Source: Podarcis liolepis
Lineage: Eukaryota
DNA: 64,000 bases
NCBI GenBank assembly: GCA_965112155.1
Contig: OZ218107.1
Direction: 5' to 3' (one strand)
The notes below the pieces were generated by a model. It was not told the DNA's origin, searched no databases, and was given only the letters and a program-made list of their open reading frames with translations. How positions within the stretch are numbered: position 1 is the stretch's first letter; each line of letters starts with the position of its first letter. Of the stretch, positions 1-64,000 are shown piece by piece. The position numbers and the translations under genes are program-made.

Positions 1-197
1 TATACAAGCATTCTTGCTATCATCTTTCAAGCAAGCGGATTTGGAAGATCCGCAATCGGGGGGGAAAGGAAAGCTGGGAATAGGCTCTACCTTTTGGAGG
101 AAATTGGGCAACACTGGCTAGTGCAATCTTTTATTGACTTTGCCATGCAACCTGCAGGTTTGATTGCCAGGCACTTGCGAAGGATCACAGAACTAGA

Positions 198-325
198 CAT
201 GAGAACCTGTAGCCCTCCAGATGTTGCTGGACTGCAACTTCCATAATCTCTTACCATTGGCCATGCTGGCCGAGACTGATAGGACCTGGAGTCCAACATC
301 TAGAGGGCCACAGGTTCTCTACCTC
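198..325. mobile_element. degraded copy of the hairpin hAT MITE
   Basis: gccctccagatgttgctggact..agtccaacatctagagggcc. Confidence 0.65.
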
Positions 326-370
326 ACCCATCTGACTAGATTGCCCCCCCCCCCCAATATTCCTGTAAGG

Positions 371-429
371 GACAACACAACTGTGTTTTTAATTAATCTA
401 TTTAGAAGTGTTTCAACTCCAATTTTATT
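371..429 (-). terminator. candidate CCDC77 polyadenylation signal
   Basis: AATAAA on - strand (424-429) and ATTAAA (388-393), followed by GU-rich gttgtgttgtc (371-381); implies a 3'UTR of about 1.55 kb. Confidence 0.4.
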
Positions 430-1984
430 ATAAAATTTGAATAAGTCGACAAGTATAGCATAGAAGGTACAGAATACAAAGAGACACGGCTAAGGCATGT
501 TCAATCACTGTACGGCATGTTGCTCTTCAGAGATCCTCAAGGTGTTGTGTGTAAGCATGTCCAAATCATTACAATCCAGTTCAAGCCAGACGAGAATATA
601 GTTTTGATGTTATTATGTTACCGGTGCAGGCAAAGAGCACCTAGCACATCACATTTAATATTTGCAGTGCAAACAGTCTCATCTACATTACTCTTGCTTA
701 CTGTGTCAGATTTCTAAGGGGGGGAAAACAAAATCCATCTGCCTGCCTGCTGTTTTGCATTCTCAGCTTCTTGCTTACTATAACTGCTGGCTTTCTTTAA
801 AGAAAGCAACGAGGCGCAAACAGACTTTCCAGCTGCAGTGATTCTTGTTGTGAATTCTGTCTGGAGGTGCATGTTAGCGTTTACACATTAGCAGCACTGT
901 GATATGGCTGTTTTGAGTACCCACACAAAGCCACAGAGAATGGAGACCAGAAACCTCAAAAGGGATAAGACTTCAGATAGGATCACTTGGAAGGTTATAT
1001 ATTTCCTGCATGGAAAGCACTTCCCTCTAGGAAAAAGTATGGTAACCAAGTGTGACATATTGGTCAAAGGCAAGCAATTGCTTGCATTAAGACTTGCATT
1101 TCGGCTTGCAGAGGTGGTAGGAAATGGAAGCCTTGGTGACAAATACCAAGAGAAATGTTAAATTAATGTCAAGTTTAATGCTATAGCAGGGGACAAATGA
1201 TGCTGCCTCACAACACTTCAAGTGTGTATCTTGCAGCAGAAGATATTCTGTAAGAAAACCTAAGCGAGACCCACAACTGAAGCAGCACTTGTACAACCCG
1301 ACTCGAGTCGCATTTCTTTGGAAGCAAATTCTTTGGGGTTCTTAATTTTCTTCCTGCCCTGCAACACAACAGAGCAGATTTGGAGATTGTGTAGGGCACG
1401 CACATATGCGGGAAGTGTGTGGAGTTCCGCTGTGTGAGTAAAAGGTGTTCTGCTTGCGCAACTATTTAGCTGAATACTGCCCACAAGTGTGGATGTAACC
1501 AAGGGCTTCTCTTCAAACAAACTGTCACCCACCCATTACAGAGTAATTCCTGAGGGACATAGGGAAGTCGCTTCCCTCTTTTTAATAACCACTGACACAC
1601 ATAGTATGAGATCTACTTGAGCTGGTTTCTGGAGATGCCTGAATATTGCATCATTCTTAGAACAGATGAAAACATTCCTGCAAGCTGCAAGAGCAACGTA
1701 AAATTTAGCCAGTGACTCCAGCTCAATCTGTGCATAAACTGACATTGAGAAAAGCAGGAAGCCAATTCTAAACCCATGTAAAAAAATAAAAATAAAAATA
1801 AAGTAAGAGAGTTTCCTTCCAAACCTCACATTAGGTTTAATGGGTTCCTTAAGTCCTGGAGTATAAAGTTACATCCTAGAGCCACAGTAAGCTCCACGTG
1901 GTGTCACAAAATAAAGATACGAGAAAGCTGTTGCAACAATGGCCTTTATCTATATGCCACTGGTGTTGGCCGGCGTGTCTCTTA

Positions 1985-15812
<13,828 letters not shown>

Positions 15813-16739
15813 GTTGCTCACTCCTACCACCTGCAGTAGTGCCAAATATACCTTTTTTACTTTTTGGTAACAGAAGCATAAAGCCAAAGGTTCAGAGAAA
15901 GTGTATGAACGGTTCTATAGTGGCCCATTTTTATTTCCTCACAAACAGATGCATGTGCTCAAAGAAAGTGGTTTAAGAACCAAATTCACATGAAATCAAG
16001 CCGTGCTGCAGCCAACAATTTTCCAATCTGATATGGCAAACTATGCACTTGTAACAGGCTTCATACACGATAGTGCACATATAAATGATTTATTACATTT
16101 ATCCTATCACACAGAGCTAGGAATTTCAACCAAAAGGCCCCTACCTTTCTTCAGGGGCTAATGTATGCTACGCAATGGGAAAGGTAGCAGGGATAGTCAA
16201 AACAGGAAGGATGTCATGGGAAGGGGTAGAGAGAAATAAAGTAATATAAATTGTGGCAAGTTGTTATGAGCAGATGCTAGCAAGGGACGTATCTAGGGCT
16301 GGTGAACCCGTTTTACCACCCCACCCCGCTTTTTATCCCTGAAACAGCTGTGAGGTTGAGTGGTCTTAGAGACAGTGACTGGTCCAGGATTCCTTTTAGC
16401 TAAAAAGGGACTTAAACCCAACTCCCCCCAAGCCCAAATTGCTAGGCAACACAACACGTTGGTTGCCTCCAACCCCACACCCCAAAATAATCTAGGAGGG
16501 CTGGTTGTAAACCTGTATATTTGCCTGCTTGGGCATATTTTTGAGGACCCACCTGATTTCTGTGGCTGTAAGATCTTTTACATTGCTGCTGAGTATTGCG
16601 TTTTAATGGTTGTAACCCGCTGTAATAGTAATAATAAGTGGGGATCTTTACTCTCCTAGTCATCTGAATTAGACGCCCCCCAACTTAACTTTTAAAGATG
16701 AAAATCAAACAGGAGCCCCTTCCTTTCTGTCCTAGCAAA

Positions 16740-17105
16740 GCACCGTGAACCCGCCCTACGGAGCAAGCAGTTTGCATCGTGTCTCTCTCCGCTCCTGCCC
16801 CACTTCAGCCATCCCGCGCCTCCCCGCCGCTCACCCCAAACACACTAACCGCTCTAACACTCCCGTTCGCGCCGCAGCTAGTGCTCCTCTCAACCGACGA
16901 ACCAAAAAGCCAAGCTGAGGGCCCCTCCGCCCCTACAAGTATTCTCCAATCGAAAGAGCTGTGAGAAACGGAGTCGGAGCTTTTCGCCCAATCCCAGCTC
17001 TCTTGCCATCCAGCAATACTTTTAAACTCTCGTTTACAAGGGGAAACGAAGCCCAAACGTGGGAAGAACGGAAAGCGGCGGCGCATGCGAGGAGTCGGCG
17101 ATAGG
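16740..17105 (-). promoter_or_regulatory. small CpG island: probable CCDC77 promoter and non-coding exon 1
   Basis: CpG-rich; - strand donor GG|GTGAGC at 16835/16834; GC box 16922-16933; CCAAT at 16946 and 16988; NRF1-like GCGCATGCG at 17081. Confidence 0.65.
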
Positions 17106-17292
17106 CTTATAGAGGCATGTTAAAAGTTAATCCAAACCCTTCGCCAAAACGAAAGCAAAGAGGGAATTAATATAAATCAAAGCAAATCGTTTTCTGGTAT
17201 CTTAAACCCCCACTTAAGTGAGTAAAAAATTACTACGTCGTTTATTTCCAGAGAAGTCGCTCTGTTAATCAGTTTGCAGCATCAATTAAGAG

Positions 17293-17428
17293 CAGGCACC
17301 CCCAACCTTCGGCCCTCCAGATGTTTTGGACTACAATTCCCATCATCCCTGACCACTGGTCCTATTAGCTAGGGATCATGGGAGTTGTAGGCCAAAACAT
17401 CTGGAGGGCCGCGGGTTGGGGATGCCTG
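17293..17428. mobile_element. hairpin hAT MITE (family of 2482-2593)
   Basis: long inverted arms (ggccctccagatgttttgg/ccaaaacatctggagggcc); TSD ATTAAGAG/ACTAAGAG. Confidence 0.88.
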
Positions 17429-17723
17429 ACTAAGAGACTTGGGATACTTTCAAAGCACAGCACATTCCTATGTTTACTAAGAGGCAAAAAAAAAACCCCA
17501 TTAACGTTTGGGCGTTATGCAGTGGGATCTACTTCTGAATAAACTTAACTAGGGTTGGTGCCCCTGAAGACAATGACACTGCAAATTTTAAAAAGCTTAC
17601 TCGGCAAAAAGTGGCACTGAGTTTAATGGTATTTATTCCTAGGGAGGTGTGCATAGGATTGCAGCTATCATTGCACTTCTGTGCAAATTCGCTTGGAAAT
17701 AAATCCGACTGTGTTCCTTGCTC

Positions 17724-17799
17724 CAATCCTGTACATGCTTACTTTGGAGTAGACTCCGTTTAGTATTGATTTACTTCTGAGTAAACATGTACAGGATTG
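17724..17799. repeat. palindromic MITE-like repeat (related copies near 12487-12561, 17460-17550, 17590-17662, 32350-32475)
   Basis: arms CAATCCTGTACATG / CATGTACAGGATTG. Confidence 0.65.
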
Positions 17800-17809
17800 T
17801 GGCTGTTAC

Positions 17810-17878
17810 AGAATCATAGAATTGTAGAGTTGGAAGGGACCCTGAGGATCATCTAGTCCAACCCTCTGCATTGCAGAA
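17810..17878 (-). mobile_element. CR1 LINE 3' end
   Basis: agaatcatagaa..agttggaagggacc..tcatctagtccaaccc. Confidence 0.7.
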
Positions 17879-18338
17879 ATAAATCAGCTAGTCTATTAAC
17901 TGTGAAGTCCTTTTAAATATATATTAAGAAATAAGCCCCATTGTATTTGCTGTAAGCGTGGATGGGATCACATCCCACAACTCTTTGTTTGTTATATTGC
18001 TTACTTACTACATTGCTTACCAAACCACTCTGAACAACAACAAAAATAGTAAAAGCACTATAAATCAAACAGCCTTCAATAATACTTAAAACAATAATCC
18101 TCTAAATTCCCTCATGTGTAGTGATGCTTGTCAATTCAGGATCTTTGTGCATCTGGTAAATAGTTCATGAAAGTTTATTGCATTTACAAGTATTTAAGGT
18201 GCCACAATACTCTAGTTTTTGCTACAACAGACTAACATGGCTATCCTGTAAATTTAAAAGTGGACAACAGTCCATTTATCAAAACACTGTTCCAACATAC
18301 ATTCTGGTACTTTAAAAAATCCTAATTGGTACCAGTGC

Positions 18339-18909
18339 AGTCAGGCCAGGGTTGGCCTATCTTGCCCTGGTGAGCAACAAAGTAAGTACAGTGAACTCTT
18401 TATTAGGTGGGGAAAGGATCTGCAGAGGAGTATTAGGTCAAATAAGCACAGCAGCTCTTGTTTGGTAGGTGCCCTTATGAAGCAGCTGTGGAGATTGAAG
18501 GGTCTCCAGGGTTTCCCCCAAGCAATCTGAGACTGCGCCTGTATGACGCTAATTTCTCCATCACCCTCTTCATGCCTCTCTTGGCTCTGGGAAACCAGGC
18601 TGGAGCTACGGGAGCTTGTTGCAGCAGGACGGGGAGAAACCTGTGCACCTTCACCAGCCTGATTCATCTCTGCCTCTTGGCCTCCCTCATCCAACTCACC
18701 TGCTTTAGCGTCTGCTTCTGGACTTCTCTCTGCCATAAATACTGTCTGCTCACTAAACCCTGCTACCTCTTCAGCTTCTGACACTTCCTCCTCCCTCTGA
18801 CCACTCATCGTTGTCCCATCACCACTTCCTGGGCTCTGAGCCTTCTTCCCTCGGTGGTTCCCCAGCTGCTTCCTCCCACCATTCCTCTGTATCCAAATAG
18901 CCCATGACA
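18339..18909 (-). mobile_element. probable solo LTR
   Basis: - strand starts TGTCATGG and ends ..CCTGAC; AATAAA near the 3' end (18399-18404); GA-rich interior; no clear TSD. Confidence 0.45.
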
Positions 18910-18947
18910 ACGTTGTCAGGTACCAAACCGGTTGCATTCTGAAAATA

Positions 18948-19156
18948 CAGTGGTACCTGGGGTTAAGTATTTAATTTGTTCTGGAGGTCCACCACTTTAG
19001 CTAATGGGGCCTCCCACTGCTGCTGTGTCAACGCCACACAATTTCTGAAATCATCCTGAAGCAAAGTTCTTAACCCGAGGTACTATTTCTGGGTTAGCAG
19101 AGTCTGTAAGCTGAAGTGTCTGTAAGCTGAAGTGTCTGTAACCCGAGGTACCACTG
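18948..19156. mobile_element. Tigger-like MITE
   Basis: TA-CAGTGGTACCT..AGGTACCACTG-TA; internal 16-bp tandem duplication. Confidence 0.85.
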
Positions 19157-19453
19157 TATTCTTAGGTGAACAATTCATTATTTATTTCAGACATTTGTAT
19201 ACCACTTTTAGTAGTTATGATGAGCTATGCATCTGAGCCATGGGGGACAACCAACAGAGACTCCCCCCAACAATCTTAGTAATTGGGCTGGATATAAAGG
19301 TGGTGTTTATATCCTGGGTGCAAGGGGGTAAGGGCTTTGTAAATTAAGACAAGAACCTTGAACTAGTTTAGTTGTATAGTCACAAAGCTGTGTGGCAAGC
19401 AGGAAGTCAGCAGGTGTTCAGCAGATAGCATTAGACAAATGCATGATCCATTT

Positions 19454-19565
19454 CTAAGCAGAAATGGATATTGGTCAGTGCCCAGATAGGAGACTGCCTG
19501 GAAGCTTTATAAATATTGCCTTGGGGTCCGTGGAAGAAAGATATGATATACATTTAACAAATAAT
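19454..19565 (+). mobile_element. 5S rRNA-derived SINE fragment, more diverged
   Basis: ctaagcag..tggtcagtgcccagataggagactgcctgg plus a similar tail. Confidence 0.5.
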
Positions 19566-22500
19566 CAAACCTCCATGTTCAGAAACAATATATCTCTTAA
19601 ATACCAGATGCTGCACACAAACAAGGGAAAGGCTGTAATATTCACGTTCTGTTTGTAAGTGCCCAGAATAATCCTGAATAGTGTTGGAGATCAATTACTG
19701 ATCCAATAAGTCAGTGGCATTAATTTATGGGACGCAGGGCAGAATCTAAGCTTTTCCTAGCACCGAATCTACATGTTGGGGAAACCATCAGCTGCAAGAT
19801 TTATGGGTGTTAAATGGCTGTTGAAAGGGAATTGCTGAAGAATGGGCATGAATCAAGTTAAGTTTGTATATTTTAAAAAGCAATGAACACATTAGTTTGC
19901 TCCGGCCTAAACATGAACCAAATCAAGCTCAGCTTACTAGCTATGTATAATGACGCATTAAGGGCTTGCTTTCCTGGTTTTCTTGCCCTTCTGGGACTGT
20001 AAAAAGTAAACAGGGGGCTCATCAAGCACCTGCCACCTGGCAAATAGTCAGTGAGGCGGATCATGGACAAGAGTTTGCCATAGCACATCAAACCAACTTC
20101 CTGTAAACACTGGGGTTACATAATGGTATAATTGTGAATTTATTGCAGTACATAATCAAGGCAGAACGCAACCCTAAACATTATTAGCAACTGCAGGCAT
20201 AGAATCAGGGGGTGGTATTCATTTGTTATTAATTTAAATGAAAATGAATAAATGTGAGACAGGGCAACCTTTCCATATTATATTACACAACCACCTTTTT
20301 ATTTTCTCAGGATTTTCCCAATTGGTTTATACTGTGTTTGTTTAGTTGTCCTAATTGTTGCTTTATGAATTGCTGTTATTTCTATTGTGATGCTATTATG
20401 TTTTTTGAAAGTCCCCCAGAAACATATTTGAAGGACGTTTTATAAATCCTTAAAATAAAATAATGAAATTGAATGGAAAATACGCTTCCGAATTCTTGCT
20501 CAGGACCTTGACAAAAGCAGAATCACAGCAGTCCCCGCCCCCTTCTGCTCCACTTTTGTTGTGGAGCTGCCTGGAAAAAGCAGATTAGTAACCCTTTTGT
20601 CCACACAATAGAAGAGACTGAACAATCATACGCATATAGGTGGTTTGTTTTCTCTTCTTTTATTCCTGTTTACAACAGTTTGTTGATGTTGGTGATTAAT
20701 GACAAAACTAGGGGTACATAGTTTGTTCCATATGAAGTAACCTGAAAGAAGGTTATCTACCTATTATTCAACACTTCTAGCTTCCAGGTTTCGGAAGGCA
20801 GTGAGTGACCAGAAGCAAGGATGTACCACTTGATTGTAAATAGAAGCTCTTAGAGGTAAACAAAAAACAAAACACCCCCACACAAAACCAAACCAAAACA
20901 TTATCATTGTAACAAAGTCAAAAACAGATATTTAAAAAAATTGATCATAATTATAATTAATTAAGCTAAAAGCTGTGGGATGATGCTGAGGGATGGTATT
21001 GTATTATGGAGTCTAAATTTCAAACAACCCAATTTTCCCCTTTGTTTGGGAGGGGTGAGCCCCAATTCTCTACAGATTGTACCTCCATTTTCCCCCTATG
21101 GGTTTGTTGTTATTTTTTAACCAGTCTCTGATATTGTTCCATTAATAGAAGACCTTAAGAGGATAACACAGTTATGTATGTTATGAAAAAGTCATTGGCT
21201 GAAGTTCTGCACACCAACATGACATAAAAAGAGTTGGAGCAGTATGGCGGTCAAAACACACACCCCTATAAGAATCCTGGGAACTGTAGTTTACCACTCA
21301 GTGAGCTACAATTCTCAGCACCTTCCCAGCAATCTTTTTTGGAGAGAAAGGCATGAGGTGTAGAGAGCCAGTGGATGTACAGCATCCAGATTAAAATCTC
21401 TATACTCAGAATCTCTCTGAGCAAACATGGGTGCTGCATCCTCACACCCTGCAAAATAGGCTGCTGTTTCTCCACCTAGCCTATCCTGCCCTTGCAAAGA
21501 TTGCTGCAAGGATTAAAATGTCTACAGGCAGGGAAACCTGTTTTAATTTGAATCTATCCTGCTCTTCTAGTGATTACACATCCCTCAGAGTGGCTTGAAT
21601 GAATTTAAAATCGGAGTAATGCTGCTAAAAAACACACGTTAAAAATACATTTAAAAGCAACAATGATTTAAAAAATGACCTTTGCAGGTTTTTTTTAAAA
21701 AAGAAAAGCAATTTTTAAAATTGTTGCCTACTGGAATAAAATATATATTTTATCAGCTGGTGCAAGGCAGCGAGAGGCAGGGCTAGGTTTTAAAAAAAAA
21801 AATTTCAAACTGCAGCCAGCAGGAGGAAAAGTGGCAGGTAAACGATTTTAAAACACTGAACTCGTGGTTTTTGTTTTCTTTTTTTCTGGTTAGCTGGCAA
21901 GTTTATTTACTTGGAAAGTCGTTTTAATTACTAATCACTATGGCTAAAACCGCCTCAGCCAGTCCCCCCGAGGGATTGTTCTCTGAGGGACTCCGAGGGG
22001 GTCAGGGAACTGCGGCGCTTCGGGGGGAGGGACGGTTGCTCTGGCGACCGAGAGCGGGCGGCGGCGTCCGTTAGGGCGGGGAAGGAAAGGTAGATGTTGA
22101 GAGTGACAGCTGCTGTGGGAACTGTAAGTGGGTGGAGTCCAGGTGGGCCGTTTCGCACGCGGGGTGGGGGAGCGAAACGTCAAGAGAGACGCTGCAGCTG
22201 AGGCGGCTTCCGCCAGTGGACGCGGGGTGGGGGTGGGGGAGGTGAGAGAAAGGAGCGCATTAAGGCTCGTAGAGGCGGGCGGGGCTCTGCAAAGATTCCA
22301 CGGAGGGGGGCGGGGCAGAGTCTGTTCGCACACGGAGAGAATGGGGTACATGGACAGTCGGCACCGGAAGTTCTCTTGCCGAAGCGGGCCCCATCACACA
22401 AATCGCACGGCACATTCCTCCGCGAACCGAAAAAAAGGGCCTCGGCCTAACTTGCTCCCACTGTTTAGACCCGTTGCAGGAGCAAAAGCAGGCGACTCGC

Positions 22501-23033
22501 GAACACGAGCCGGTGCCTTCTCCCCAGCTTCGCGCGAAGAGAGGAGCGGCTTAAGCCCCGAGGTAGAGACGGCCGGGACTAATTATTTTGAACGTAAACT
22601 ACTTCGCGGAGGGATATGCTCACGGCTCGCTTCCGCAAGAAAGGGTTTTTAACAGACGCGTCACTTCCGGCGAGCCTCAAGAAGGGGAGGAAAAGGAAAG
22701 AAGAAGAAAAAACAACAAACCCCCGAAGGGGGAAACAAAAACAAACGGGAGGCCTCGTCAGCCGTGGGCTCCGCGAGACTCCGGCGCCTGTTTCTGAGGG
22801 CCTCAGTGCTCGCGGGCAGCAGCGCCCCCCCCCCTCGATGGACACCGGGATGTCCCTCCGCCCCCCGGCCCCTCTTTGAGCTTCTTTGCCTCCCCTTCGC
22901 CTTTCCCCCCTTCGCCCTCTCTCTCTCACTCCTTCCCCGCCTGCCTCCTCCTCCTCTGCCGCCGCAGCTAAGCCCCTTCCCTCCCCGGCCCTGAGGCGGC
23001 GGCATCATCACCGTCGACGGCTCCGCCGCCGCC

Positions 23034-63819
<40,786 letters not shown>

Positions 63820-64000
63820 CAGCTGCTTGGTCTTACTGGGACGTAAGGGAAATGGAACACTAAGATGGCGGCTTGAAGCTAATGTAGCCACTTGGAAATG
63901 CTCCACTTCTGCGGACGTACGGCCCTATAGCGGAGCTGGCCCCATATAGCTGGCTTCCTTTACGCAAAAGGGATGTCATGGGCACAGGGGTACTGACCCA

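Noticed and set aside
924-953. CCDC77 3'UTR segment complementary to coding exon 6 (10009-10045), sharing CAGAGAATGGAGA..CCAGAAA
   Set aside because: Only a 13-bp exact core with gaps; compatible with chance in 64 kb.
18341-18937. 198-aa ORF as a protein-coding gene
   Set aside because: Coincides with an LTR-like repeat, is low complexity, and shows no recognisable domain or splice support.

Overview
Vertebrate nuclear DNA, most likely from a squamate (lizard), judged from two full-length Sauria-type SINEs and lizard-type hAT, Tc/mariner, L2 and CR1 repeats. Two spliced genes lie head-to-head. CCDC77 (centriolar coiled-coil protein) is on the - strand, with 11 coding exons from 15812 to 1985 (1761 nt, 586 aa) and a probable non-coding first exon in a small CpG island near 16.8-17.1 kb. 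KDM5A (JARID1A/RBP2 H3K4 demethylase) is on the + strand, with 28 coding exons from 23034 to 63819 (5088 nt, 1695 aa; JmjN-ARID-PHD1-JmjC-C5HC2-PLU1-PHD2-PHD3) under a large CpG island. I rebuilt both exon chains by hand and the reading frames close. Three things stand out. (1) An 887-bp non-autonomous hAT element (8296-9182, perfect TIRs, 8-bp TSD) in a CCDC77 intron carries a CpG-island promoter-like region and an intact signal-peptide first exon with a phase-1 donor resembling DCBLD2, i.e. Pack-type gene capture. (2) An in-frame tandem-repeat expansion of about 100 aa sits inside a CCDC77 exon and is loaded with SSP and DSGxxS phospho-motifs. (3) A candidate alternative acceptor would give a PHD3-less KDM5A isoform. 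There are no prokaryotic features, CRISPR arrays or bona fide tRNA/rRNA genes. Comparisons with human proteins are from recall, not from database searches.
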